Below, piece by piece: positions 31,167-42,423 of a DNA stretch of 64,000 nt (positions within the stretch are counted from its first letter, which is position 1; each line of letters starts with the position of its first letter). The notes beneath the pieces were generated by a model that saw nothing but the letters and a program-made list of their open reading frames with translations, was not told the DNA's origin and did no database searches. Origin of the DNA: Vulcanimicrobiota bacterium (lineage in GTDB: Bacteria > Vulcanimicrobiota > Vulcanimicrobiia > Vulcanimicrobiales > Vulcanimicrobiaceae). A program made the position numbers and the translations under genes. The stretch is from the NCBI GenBank assembly GCA_963723515.1, contig CAVRQT010000002.1, forward strand, positions 608,001 to 672,000. Reading direction: 5' to 3'.

Positions 31167-34100
31167 TTGCGACCAAAACGTCTGTGGGTTGTGATCGGGA
31201 CGCTCGTAGTGGCCGCAGGCCTGATCTTTGCCGGCCGCCACGCTATCGCGCGCGTTTTGACCGAGCAGATCCTTAGCGTCGCGAGCGGTTACCACGTTCG
31301 CATCGGCGAGATGCATTTGCAGTCGGATCACGGCGCCTTTCTTGATGTTCATGTTTCTAAGGACGCCGATCCGGTGCTTGGATGCGGATCGGATTGACCT
31401 CTACTACAACTTGCGCGACCTGCTCCCGGGAAGCAAGCATCGCTTCGGCTTTCGCGGCGTGACAATCGCTCGGCCGCAGCTCACGATCGTCCACCATAAA
31501 GACGGCTCCTACAACATCAGCCGCGGACGGCCAAGCGGCAACGTTGCACCTGGTCAGACCCGCACCGCCGGCACGCCGCTCGACTACTTCGCGCGCATGC
31601 GCGACGGCAGCGCGAAGCTGATCGACCAATACACCTATTATAAGGAAGCGCGGGTTCAGACGGTCCGCCATATCAATGCCGTCTTGTCGGTCAAGTCCGA
31701 CGAAAGCACGCACTACGTCGTCGCAGGCGACTTCGTTGAGCAGACCGATCAGCCGCTCGAAGCGGTCGGGACGATCGACTACATCCGTGGCTTCGCAATG
31801 CATCACGTCACGGCAAAAGCCGTGCCAATCCGTACGATCGCGAATTATTTCATCAACTCGCCGGCGGCACGATTCCTCGGCGGCAACGCACGTAACTTCG
31901 AGGCGCGAATGTATGCGCTCGACGTTCGTCCCGGTATGCCGATTGCATACCACATCGGTGGGCGAGCCGATCTCACCGACGGCGCCATTTCAATTAAAGG
32001 CCTTGCCCAGCCGTTGGAGCGGTTGCGCGGCGTCATTCGCATCTTTGACGGAGGCTTGTCGGCCCGTTCGCTCGGCGCGACGCTGGCGGGTATGCCGCTC
32101 AAAGTCGCGGGCGGCATTTACGATTTCTCCGATCCGCAATTCTACTTCGGCGTTCAAGGCACAGCCGGACTCGATCGGCTGAAATCCTTGCTGCCGGTCG
32201 CCGCACATTATCCAGTCACGGGCAGCACGCGGCTGCGGACGCTGATCGAAGGCCCGGTAGCCGGCCCGCTCGTTTTGATCGGCTTCTCATCGGCCTTAGC
32301 GCGGTATCAAGGCATTCCCGTGCACGACGTGAGCGGCGTCGCGGCGCTCTACAACAACGCAGTTTCCATTCTGCCGCTGCGCGCGCATTACGGCGGCGTT
32401 GACGTGAACGCGCACGGGCAAGTGCTCCTTGGCAAGTCTGTGAACTCTCAAGTCGCGCTTCACTTCTCAACGAACTCGAACGACGTGCCATATTTGGGCT
32501 CGTTAGCGCCGCACACACCGATTGTCGGCGACGCGATCCTGCGTGGCAGCGACCAATATATCGGCGCCGACGGCTACCTCGCGAACGCGCAGCGTGCAAC
32601 GGCGCTTAGCGCTTTCTACAACGTGACCCCGCGCGGGTACAGCACCTTCGGACCGATTGCCATCGCAACCGGGAGAGGGACGCTCTACGGCGCACTCGTC
32701 GTCGATCGTCCACGCGGCGACAGCGCCTTCTGGATCTCCGCGGATCATTTTCCGCTCTCGTTGGCCAGTGCGGCGGTGCTGCCGGGCGTGCCGCTCCCGA
32801 CGTTGCCGCCGCTGCAAGGCGGAATCGACACCGCGAATATTGCGGGCGGCGGAAGCCAGAAAAACGTCGTTTTGGCCGGGCACATTCTTGCGCGAGACGC
32901 GCAGGTACAGGGCGTTCCAATCGATACGCTCGACGCGTCGCTTGCGGGTCCGCTTGCGAACCTCGCAATCTCTCACATCCTGGTCCATGCACCATGGGGT
33001 CGCTTTGACGGCAACGGCGGCTATGCGCCAAACGGTTTGATCGCGCGCGGTACGTTTGACGGCCGTCTCGAATCGTTGGCGCGGTTTGTGCCGGTCGGAA
33101 ACGCAAGCGGAGCCGCTCACGGAACCGTTGCGCTTGCCGTCGGCGGAAAAGGCATTACGGTGCAAGCGCAAGACCTGCGCTTGAGCGGCGCGCAGATTCG
33201 CGGCCTTCCAATTGAAGCGGCGAACGGAACGCTCGCAATCAACGGCAATGCCGTGCACGTGTACTCTGCAACCGCGACTGTCGGCGGAGCCCAAACCGTT
33301 GCCGCCGGTTCATTTGGAAACGGCGGGCAGTTAGCGGTCGAAGCGATCGACGCCGGCTCGCAAACCGCCGCAGCGCTCGGTCTTCCTTTACAAGCGGGAC
33401 ATGTCTCGGTTGCCGGAACCGTCGGCGGCACGATGTCATCTCCTACCTTCAACGGCGGCGTTGCGCTCAGCGGCGGCCGAGTTGCCGGATATCCGCTTTC
33501 AGGGACCTCGGAAGTGAACTTCAACGGCGATGCCGTGCAGTTATCCGATGCGACGCTCACGACCGCTGGGATGTACGGTGCGGTTGCCGGAACGGTTGGC
33601 GGTATCCGATCGGGATCGCCATCGTACGATTTGAATGCAAACGTGCCCGCCGGTGACATTGCAAGCATTGCGCAAGCGTTGCATCTGCCGACATACGGAA
33701 CGACCGGCAGTTTTGGGGCCAACGTTCACGTCGGCGGACAGGGCGCCGCTCCGAACGTGCAGGGGCCATTTACAGTGGCCGCCGGTCAAATCAACGGTTT
33801 GAATTTCTTGAACGCGGCGGCGCTCTTGAGCGCGAGCCCATTCGGCGTTTCAGTGGAAGGCGGCCATGTCGACGTCGGGTCGACGTCGGCGCAATTTAAC
33901 GCTTCTGTCGCAGCGGGACGCAGTTACGTTTCCTTAAATGCACCGCACGCCGACCTCTCGGACTTCAACGACTACTTCGATACGGGCGACACGCTCGCCG
34001 GAAAAGGAAGCGTCGCGGTCGCCTTCACGCACACGCAGAGCGCGATCTCGAGTTCCGGAGATCTCAACGTTCGAGATTTCCGGTACCGGCGTTTGCCGAT

Positions 34101-36421
34101 AGGCGATACGCAAGCGCATTGGTCGAGCCACAATGACGTCGCCCGCGGAAACGTTCGCGTCGGCGGTGAGCATGGAATCCTCTCCGCCGCCGGTAGCGTG
34201 GCGCTGGCGCCGGCGACATCCGGTATTCGGCAGATCGTCGCCGATTCGCGCTACAATCTCTCGGCGCACCTGCGCTCCTTAGATCTTGGAACGTGGCTAG
34301 CCGCGCTCGGCTATCCGACGCTGCCGGTTACCGGGCGTGTCGACGGCGACGCGTTCTTTAGCGGACGCTATCCGGCGCTCAGTCTGCGCACGACGGCGGA
34401 CTTGCACAACGGAACGGTCGGGCGGGTGCCGATCGATCGGCTGCAACTAGCCGCGCACGCCGCCGGTCCCCGGATCGCGATTTCTGCGAATTCAAGCGCA
34501 AATTCCAGCGCTGACCGCGAGCGGATCAGGCACTTTCGGTCTCGGGTCGCGCGACCCGATCGCGTTCGACATGAATGCGAGCAGCTCGAACATTCCGATG
34601 TTCTTGGCGAACTTTACCCATGCGTCCGTACCGGTATCGGGCGCACTCGAAACGACGCTTCGCGTCCGCGGCACTTTCGCGAAACCGTCGATGACGGCGG
34701 GCATCGATTTTACGAAAGGCACGATTCGCGGCGTCGTGATTCCGCAGCTCGTGGCCGAAGTTTTTTATGCCGGGCGAGACATTCAATTGCGCAGCGCCGA
34801 GCTCACGCTGCAAAAAGGACAGATCACGATCGCGGGCGCGTTGCCATTTGAGATTTCACCTTTGCAAATCGGTCCGCCGAACGCACCTTTCGCAATGGAT
34901 TTCTTTTCGCGCGGCGTTGACGTCAGCGACTTTCAATCGCTCTTCCCAGCGGGCACGAAGGTCAGCGGTCTGATTGACGGCCGCGTCGGCGTGAACGGAG
35001 AAGTTGCGCGCCCGCAAATTCGAGGCGGTCTCCGGCTACAGAACGGCAGCTACGTCAGCGACTTCGAAACGATACCGGTCACGCATACCGTCGGCGACTT
35101 GACGTTTGCATCGACGAGCGCGACGCTCACCGGCGTGCACGCGCAAGTGGGAAGCGGGACGCTGGACGCAAGTGGACGGCTCAGCTTTGCGGGCGCTCCG
35201 CAACGGCCCGTCGAGTATTCGCTCGATGCTGCAACAAAACGTGCGGGCTTGCGTTTTCCGGCGTACGGGTCGGGAACCGTCGACTCGAACGTGCATCTCG
35301 TGAAGACGACCGGGCTCGCGAAAGTTTCGGGCGCCGCGAGCGTGAGTGATGCGGTCATTCCGTTCGCGACGTTGATTCGTGGTGGGGGCGGCGGCAGCAG
35401 CGAGCTTGGGGATGGCGGTGCGGATACCGGCGCGGACACTGCGGCGGCGGTCAGCGGCCTGCCGTTCAACCTCGCCTTTAACGACTTTCACGTCACGGCC
35501 GGAAAGAACGTCGCCGTACGCGCGAACGCGCTCGGCTTTGGAGTCGATATCGGTGCGCGCGGCAATGCGATCTTAGGCGGGACGCTTGCGCAGCCGACTC
35601 TTGACGGCCGATTTGACGCATCGGGCGGTACGCTCACCTTCGTCGATCACGCGTTTAAGATTCGCGAAGGCAACGTCGTCTTCAATCCGCGCAACGGCAT
35701 CGTCCCGGAACTCTACGCGGTTGGAACAACGCACGTTTTGAACCCCGATCCGAATGGCGCTCGCAATCCCTCGGGCTCCGCGGACATCACGATTACCGTG
35801 ACGGGTCCAGCCACAAGTCCGCAACTGGCGTTCAATTCCAATCCGCCCGGTTATTCACGCGATCAGATCATCGGCATGTTGACGCCGCTCGGGGCCGTGA
35901 CCGGCATCCAATTCGACGAGTTCGGCAATCCCGTCCCTGAAGGACAGCTTGCCGGCGCGCCCCCGCCGGGCAACGCACAACCGCTGCCGCCGGGCGCTGT
36001 CTTGCGCACGAACGGTCAGATCACTGTTGGTCAGGAAGCGTTCAACATTCTGAACGCGCAATTCGCGCGCAGTTTGTTCACGCCGGTGGAAAACGTTCTG
36101 GGAAGTGGACTCGGGCTCTCCGACGTCAACGTCACGCTCGATTACTCGGGCGCCGTCGGCCTGAACTTCCGCAAGCCGATTTCTGAAAAGTTTTACGCCG
36201 TCTATGCGACGACGTTCGGCTATCCGTCACGTCAGACGTACGGCTTTGAGTATGAACCAAACGCGTTGACCGCGGCGCAGCTCGCGTTCTTCTCACAACA
36301 GCAGCCGGTCGGGTTCTTCAGCAGCGCCACGGTGATCTCGTCAAACCCGCGGATCACCGCCGGTCAGCCGCTATACGGCTCGAACGGATTCACACTGACG
36401 GTACAACGCCTCTTCTGGTGA
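31167..36421 (+). CDS. tamB: TamB/AsmA-like translocation and assembly protein, apparent frameshifts near 31380 and 34490
   Basis: AAGGAG then TTG start, N-terminal TM helix, very long Gly-rich beta-taco repeats, DUF490-like C-terminus (GTLAQPTLDG, SNPPGYSRDQI); precedes an Omp85 gene. Confidence 0.8.
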
Positions 36422-36565
36422 GCGCGGCACGCAGAGCGAGCGAGCCAAGAGGTGGCGTTTCCGGGGGCGCGAACCTGCGACCGGACCGAAACAACGTGCG
36501 GTTGACGCGCGTTATGAAGCTGAAACCGTCCGCGAAGTTGTTCGAAGGGAAGAAGGACCACCGGG

Positions 36566-38818
36566 ATGACCTATAGCCTCTGGCCTGCGCCCCGCGCGCT
36601 TGTCCGGTGTGCCGGATGTTTGCTCGCCATAAGCTTGATCGTGGCGCTCCTGCTGCCGCCGGTCGCCGCTGCGCCCGCTCCAACGATTGTCTCCGTTGAC
36701 ATTTCGGGCAACGTGCATGTTCCGACCGACCGGATTCTCGCGGTCGTGCAAGCGCATCCCGGCGAGGCGTACAATCCACGCGTCATTCAGGGCGATTTGC
36801 GCAACATCTTCGCGCTGGGCTACTTCGCACAGGTTGCGCCGCCGCTGATCCGCCAGCGGCCGGGTGGAATTGCCGTCACCTATCGGGTGATCGAAAATCC
36901 GGTCATCACGCGAATCACCTTCACCGGCAACGCACACGTGCCATCAGATTCACTGACGGCACTCATGGACACGTCGGTCGGGCAAGTGCTCAACACGAAC
37001 ACGTTTCATCAAGACGTGTTGAAGGTCAACTCCTATTACGACCGCATCGGCTATGGCGGCCAGGTGCCGACACACGTCAAGGATCTCAATATCGATCCGC
37101 GCACGGGCGCACTCAATCTCGTCATTCAGGAAGGCTTGACCGTCAATCAGGTGCTGATCGGTGGCGATCCGCTGCTTCCGCCGCCGATCATCTTGCCGGT
37201 TCTTTCCGTCAAGTCCGGCACGACGTACTCCGATGACGCGCGCGATAAGGATATTGACGCCGTCAAGAAACTTTACGACAAGTACGATTTGATTCTCGGC
37301 GATTTTGAAGGCGGGATCGATCCGTCCTCAATTGACCTCAAGAACGACACGGCAAACGTGCGTTATGACATCCACGCGGCGAAGGTCGGTGCGATTGAGA
37401 TCACCGGCAATACCCGCACGAAGGATGAAGTGATCCGCCGCGAGCTGCGCCTGCGACCTGGGATGTACATCACGAACACGGGGCTGCGCAGGGATTACGA
37501 GCGTCTTCAGGCGACGCAATTTTTCTCTAAGGTCGATCCGCAAGTCAAGCCGGGTCCTGATCCCAAGAATCCGGCTGTCGTCACGATCGACTGGAATGTC
37601 ACCGAGCAGCGCACGGGTACGGCGACGATCGGCGCCGGCTATACCGGCGGCCTCACCGGTCAAGGTCTTTACGGAACGCTCGCATTTTCAAACAGCAATT
37701 TGAACGGGACGGGTAACGGCGCCTCAATTCAGATCGAGCGGGGTGCGCGCAACTATGTCGCTTCGGCGTCCGTCACGATTCCTTACGTCGGTCACACGCG
37801 GAATTCCCAAAAGTATAGTTTAGGCGCGACCCTCTTCACGAATGGGCAGACGAACTACTATCCAATCTATGGCGTAGCGACCAATCCATTCGCCACGCCG
37901 GCACCCGGCGGCGGAATCGTTCCGGTTCCGGTGACGCTTTTTCCAACCGTTGGTCAAGCGCCGATCTCCGGCGTCAACTCGACAAGCACCGCAAAGTCGG
38001 CTGGTGCCAGCGTTACAGTCGGCAGGCGGTTGACGGATTATGCGCGCGCGAGCGTCGGTGTCTCGGTGCAGCGCGTTTCGACCAACACGACGGTTCCAGT
38101 ACCGTACTTCTTCCAGACCACGCAACCGAACATTCTCGTCGGTCCGACGCCGAATCCGTTCGGCAATCAAAACAACGGCAGCTTCGGTATCAGCGCGCCA
38201 TCGATTGCAAACGTCAACACGGGCATTCCGTATAAGCTGAATACGGTAACGCTCGGACTTTCGACCGATACGCGTGACGACGTCTTCAATCCGCATCGCG
38301 GCGGCACGGGCTCATTCGGCTCGGAAGTCAGTGCACCGGGCATCGGCTCGGACTTCAGGTACAGCAAGAGCACGCTCGATGCGACGCGTTTCTTCCCGTT
38401 TCGAAATGCAATTACGCTGGGGCTGCACGGACAATTAGGCCACTCGACCGGAGCGCTGCCCCCCAATTCGCTCTTCACGTTTTCGGATCAGCAGCTCCGC
38501 GGCTACAACTCAGTCTTTTACGGGACCGATATCATGCTCGGACAGATCGAGGCCCGAAAGCCCGTCTTCGCGGGCGGCAAACTCGTCTTGGCCGCCTTCA
38601 TCGACGAAGGCGCCTTCCGAATCCGTGGCGCTCAGCCGCTTCTGGATCCGTACACGAATCGTATCGTCGGCTATCCCGGTAATTGGACGTATCGCGGGGA
38701 CTTCGGCGTCGGCATACGGTTCGACTTACCGCAGTTGAACCTTCGGACGATTCGCATCGACATCGCGCACGGAGTGAACGGCACGCACACAAGTTTTGGC
38801 ATCGGGCAGAGTTTTTAA
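36566..38818 (+). CDS. bamA: Omp85/BamA family outer membrane assembly factor
   Basis: Signal peptide, POTRA repeats (ISGN, FTGN, ITGNTRTKDEVIRRE), LRGY, C-terminal FGIGQSF. Confidence 0.88.
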   Translation: MTYSLWPAPRALVRCAGCLLAISLIVALLLPPVAAAPAPTIVSVDISGNVHVPTDRILAVVQAHPGEAYNPRVIQGDLRNIFALGYFAQVAPPLIRQRPGGIAVTYRVIENPVITRITFTGNAHVPSDSLTALMDTSVGQVLNTNTFHQDVLKVNSYYDRIGYGGQVPTHVKDLNIDPRTGALNLVIQEGLTVNQVLIGGDPLLPPPIILPVLSVKSGTTYSDDARDKDIDAVKKLYDKYDLILGDFEGGIDPSSIDLKNDTANVRYDIHAAKVGAIEITGNTRTKDEVIRRELRLRPGMYITNTGLRRDYERLQATQFFSKVDPQVKPGPDPKNPAVVTIDWNVTEQRTGTATIGAGYTGGLTGQGLYGTLAFSNSNLNGTGNGASIQIERGARNYVASASVTIPYVGHTRNSQKYSLGATLFTNGQTNYYPIYGVATNPFATPAPGGGIVPVPVTLFPTVGQAPISGVNSTSTAKSAGASVTVGRRLTDYARASVGVSVQRVSTNTTVPVPYFFQTTQPNILVGPTPNPFGNQNNGSFGISAPSIANVNTGIPYKLNTVTLGLSTDTRDDVFNPHRGGTGSFGSEVSAPGIGSDFRYSKSTLDATRFFPFRNAITLGLHGQLGHSTGALPPNSLFTFSDQQLRGYNSVFYGTDIMLGQIEARKPVFAGGKLVLAAFIDEGAFRIRGAQPLLDPYTNRIVGYPGNWTYRGDFGVGIRFDLPQLNLRTIRIDIAHGVNGTHTSFGIGQSF

Positions 38819-38819
38819 T

Positions 38820-39623
38820 ATGAAACGGCGGCCGCCGCGCGGGCTGGCTGCGATCTTCATCCTCATCGCTCTCGTTTGCGCTCCACTTGCTCTGGCCGCG
38901 GATCTGAGCGACATCGGCTTTATCGATCAAGCCGCGATTGGAAGTTTGCCGCGTTTCGTTGCGGCGAACCGCGATCTCGCGACATACAAAGGGACGCTTG
39001 ACCGCCAATTCCAGGCACGCATGCGCGGCGCACACTCGCAAGCCGATCAGCAGAGAATCATCGTTGAATTTCAGCAGAAGATGGCACAGCGGCAACGTGC
39101 CGTTTTGGCGCCGCTCTTTCTGCGCGCGCAGACCGCTATAGCGTCGGTCAGTTCGAGTCGCAACCTCTCCGTCGTCGTCGATCGACGGATCGTGATATAC
39201 GGCGGCCAAGACATCACGAAAAGTGTGACGGATCTCTTAGAGAGTCCCGGCGATGTCGCGCCGCCGGTCAGTACGCCGCCGCCCTCCGAAATCGGCTACG
39301 TCGATCAAACGCAGATCGATTCGCTGCCGAACTTTAAGTCGGCGAGCGATCAATTTAACAAATTTGCCGACGACCAGAAGCTGCTTGCGCAGCAGAAGCT
39401 TGGCAAAGTGAAGACCGCTGCCGATCGGCAGCAGGTCCTCAAAGACTATCAGACGGCGGTCAACGGCAAACAAGATGAACTGCTCAAACCGCTCGTCGAT
39501 CATACGAAGCAAGCGATTGCGGATGTCGCCGGGAAGCGCAAACTGATCCTGGTTATCGATCGCGGCGACTTAATTTACGGCGGTACGGACATCACCTCGG
39601 ATGTCCAAAATGAACTCAAGTAA
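38820..39623 (+). CDS. skp: Skp/OmpH family chaperone with two tandem OmpH domains
   Basis: IGFIDQ...VIYGGQDIT and IGYVDQ...LIYGGTDIT; follows bamA. Confidence 0.8.
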   Translation: MKRRPPRGLAAIFILIALVCAPLALAADLSDIGFIDQAAIGSLPRFVAANRDLATYKGTLDRQFQARMRGAHSQADQQRIIVEFQQKMAQRQRAVLAPLFLRAQTAIASVSSSRNLSVVVDRRIVIYGGQDITKSVTDLLESPGDVAPPVSTPPPSEIGYVDQTQIDSLPNFKSASDQFNKFADDQKLLAQQKLGKVKTAADRQQVLKDYQTAVNGKQDELLKPLVDHTKQAIADVAGKRKLILVIDRGDLIYGGTDITSDVQNELK

Positions 39624-40923
39624 AGAGCCGCGCGCCGCGGCCAAAGCCGCGCTGGCCGCCCTCGCGCTGCTGGCGATCGTTGCATGCAGCCGTCAGCCCG
39701 ATGTCAACTCGCCGCAGGTGCGCGGCATCGGTTACGTGCGCCTCGATGATGTCGTTAAGAAGCATCCGCTGTACCCGCAACTCGCACAGATTGACGCCAG
39801 CATCGATGCGCTAAACCTCCGGACGCTCAGCCCAAGCGTGCCGCGCACCGGCGCCGAGATTTCTAGCGAGACGGCCGAACTCAATCGCGAACTCAATGCG
39901 GCTCGAACGCGCGCGAATATGCTCCTGCAACAGAAACAGCGCGACTATGCGGTGCGCGAGCAGCAGGCGATTCGTGCCGCAATCGTCGCCAGCGGGGAAA
40001 ATCCGGGGCGGCCGCCGGCGCAAGCGATGCAGCAGGCTGCAGCGCAGCAAGGTGCCGCTGCGGCGCAGCAAGCGAGTCAAGGTTTTGCGCAATACCAACA
40101 GCAAGTCGTTTCGCAAGATCGCAGCGCCGTGGATGCGCTGTCGCACCAACTCTCTTCGCGGGCCGAGCGCGAATATCGGGCCAAGGCCGATGAACTTACT
40201 GCACGGGAGTCACAAGCATCGCTCGATGCCGCGAACGCCGATTCAGCACAACGCCTCGCGCTGCGCACAAAATTGAACAATCTTGCGCTCGACGACGCGA
40301 CGCGAGCCCAAGTGAAATCTCAACTTGCGGCGCTCGACCGCAAAGAAGCCCAAACCGTTGCCGGGATGCGCGCCCGCGACACCGCGGAACTCGCAGCCTT
40401 TCAAGCCCAACTGCGCAGCCAGACCGCCGCCCAACTGAGCGCGCAAGCAGGCGCGATCCACGCCCAAACCTCGGCGAAGCTCAAGGCGCGCGGCAATGCC
40501 GTCAGCCAGCAGATTTCGACGCAATTGCAGAATGTCGGACCGGCGCCGGGAACGAGCGGTCTCTCGCCGGCGACACGCGCGAAGATCGAGCAGATCGATC
40601 GCGATTACAAGAGCCGCTTTCGCGCCGATGTCGCGAAGACGATCGACGACTTCAATCGAGCGCGCAGCGAACTGGACACGCGCTTTGCAGCGCTTCATGG
40701 CGTCGACGTTGGCGCGCAGGGGACGCTCGGTAAACAACTCGATGCGCTCCACCGCCAACGCGACCAACTGTACAATCAAATCGTCGCGCAGATCCAACGG
40801 CAGATGCAGGGTATTGCCGCTCAGCGCGGTTTGAAGGTCGTCTTCATCAACATCGTCGTTCCGGCGGGTGGAATTGACTTGACCGATGATGCGATCAGAG
40901 CCGTTGAAAGCGTGCATGAGTAG
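39601..40923 (+). CDS. Skp/OmpH-like putative lipoprotein with a long coiled coil
   Basis: IVAC lipobox, IGYVRLDDVVKKHP start and GGIDLTD end, Gln/Ala-rich helical middle. Confidence 0.65.
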   Translation: MSKMNSSKEPRAAAKAALAALALLAIVACSRQPDVNSPQVRGIGYVRLDDVVKKHPLYPQLAQIDASIDALNLRTLSPSVPRTGAEISSETAELNRELNAARTRANMLLQQKQRDYAVREQQAIRAAIVASGENPGRPPAQAMQQAAAQQGAAAAQQASQGFAQYQQQVVSQDRSAVDALSHQLSSRAEREYRAKADELTARESQASLDAANADSAQRLALRTKLNNLALDDATRAQVKSQLAALDRKEAQTVAGMRARDTAELAAFQAQLRSQTAAQLSAQAGAIHAQTSAKLKARGNAVSQQISTQLQNVGPAPGTSGLSPATRAKIEQIDRDYKSRFRADVAKTIDDFNRARSELDTRFAALHGVDVGAQGTLGKQLDALHRQRDQLYNQIVAQIQRQMQGIAAQRGLKVVFINIVVPAGGIDLTDDAIRAVESVHE

Positions 40924-41356
40924 CCCTTCGGCCGTAGGCTTGGCGTTCGCCAAGCATAGGCTCAAGGTGACAGTCTTGTTGACCGCCCTCTTGTTTGTCG
41001 CGTGTTCGCACAAGCAAAGTCCGGTCGGGATCGTCGACACGCAGCGCCTTTCGCAATATTGGCCAAAGTTTCAGAATTACAACAATCAATTGAGCTTCGA
41101 CATGCAGACGATTGACAAGTCGAACGCATCGGCGGACCAGAAGGCGCGTGAGCGGGCGGCATTGCAGCAAAAGTACGGTCAAATTCAAAGCGAGCTAACG
41201 CAGGAAGTGCGCAATGCGGTCACTCAAGTGGCGAAGGTGAAGAATTTTCAGCTCGTTGTGACGCGCCAGTACGTGGGCTATGGCGGGACGGACATCACCT
41301 CCGACGTCGAGCAGATTCTGAAGATCACGGAAACGTCGCCCGCACCGAGCCCCTAA
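40916..41356 (+). CDS. short Skp/OmpH-like putative lipoprotein
   Basis: FVAC lipobox, VGIVD...YGGTDITSDV. Confidence 0.7.
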   Translation: MSSPSAVGLAFAKHRLKVTVLLTALLFVACSHKQSPVGIVDTQRLSQYWPKFQNYNNQLSFDMQTIDKSNASADQKARERAALQQKYGQIQSELTQEVRNAVTQVAKVKNFQLVVTRQYVGYGGTDITSDVEQILKITETSPAPSP

Positions 41357-41364
41357 GCGCGCAG

Positions 41365-42378
41365 ATGCGCAAGACGCTGGCCGAGTTCGCATCGATTGCC
41401 GGCGGTCGGGTTATCGGTGACGACTCCGTTTCGATCGAGCGCGTGGCCGCAGTCGACGATGCAGGCAGCGATGCGCTGACCTTCGCGACGGATGAAACAT
41501 ACTTAAAGCGTGCACTCGGATCGAATTGCGCCGCCGTCTTGACGGAAGAACAGCTTGCCGCGCTGCTCGATCGTCCCTCTAAACCGCTACTCGTCGTCTC
41601 CGATGTCCGGCGCGCATTGGCAAAACTCTTGCGCGATTTCGAGCGGCCGATTACGCGCGGCCACTTTCGCCATCCGACCGCCGTTCTGGAATCATCTGCA
41701 CAGATCGGCGAAGAGGTCTACGTCGGCGCGCATGTTTACGTGGGAGAACGCGCTAGAATCGGATCTGGCTGCACGCTGCTGCCTGGCGCGGTTGTCGAAA
41801 ACGACGTGCATCTTGGCGAAGACTGCGTTCTTTATCCGCACGCAACGGTGCTCGACGGTTCGCGCATCGGCAAGCGCGTGGTCATCTATGCCGGCGCAGT
41901 CATCGGCAGTGCTGGTTTCGGCTGGGCGTTTGCTGACGGCCGGTTGGAACGCATCCCGCAAGTGGGCAATGTCGTTCTGGAAGATGATGTCGAGATCGGC
42001 GCAAACACCTGCGTCGATCGCGCGCAAACGGGAAGTACGTCGATCGGACGCGGCACGAAGATCGACAATCTGTGTCAGATCGGCCACAACTGCCGAATCG
42101 GAGAACATACCGCGCTTGCCGGTCAATGCGGGCTCGCAGGATCGACGATTATCGGCGATCACGTGCAAGTCGGCGGACAAGTTGGTTTCATCGGTCATTT
42201 GACGGTTGGTTCGCGCGTAAAGATTGGCGGCGGAAGCGTCGTTTGGGGTGACATTGCAGATGATTCGTTTATCAGCGGTCGTCCCGCGCGGCCGCATAAA
42301 GACGAATTGCGGCGGGAGGTCATGGTCCGCAAACTGCCTAAGCTGTTCGCCCGTGTGGACGCGCTTGAACGCAAATAG
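41365..42378 (+). CDS. lpxD: UDP-3-O-acylglucosamine N-acyltransferase
   Basis: Hexapeptide repeats, GFGW, IPQVG, EIGANTCVDR, KIDNLCQIGHN. Confidence 0.95.
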   Translation: MRKTLAEFASIAGGRVIGDDSVSIERVAAVDDAGSDALTFATDETYLKRALGSNCAAVLTEEQLAALLDRPSKPLLVVSDVRRALAKLLRDFERPITRGHFRHPTAVLESSAQIGEEVYVGAHVYVGERARIGSGCTLLPGAVVENDVHLGEDCVLYPHATVLDGSRIGKRVVIYAGAVIGSAGFGWAFADGRLERIPQVGNVVLEDDVEIGANTCVDRAQTGSTSIGRGTKIDNLCQIGHNCRIGEHTALAGQCGLAGSTIIGDHVQVGGQVGFIGHLTVGSRVKIGGGSVVWGDIADDSFISGRPARPHKDELRREVMVRKLPKLFARVDALERK

Positions 42379-42391
42379 TCCGCCGACGGTG

Positions 42392-42423
42392 ACGCACCGC
42401 AACAGCGGTGCGTTTCTTCTTTT
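42392..42423 (+). terminator. intrinsic-terminator-like hairpin between lpxD and lpxC
   Basis: Perfect 9-bp stem ACGCACCGC-AACA-GCGGTGCGT followed by TTCTTCTTTT. Confidence 0.6.
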
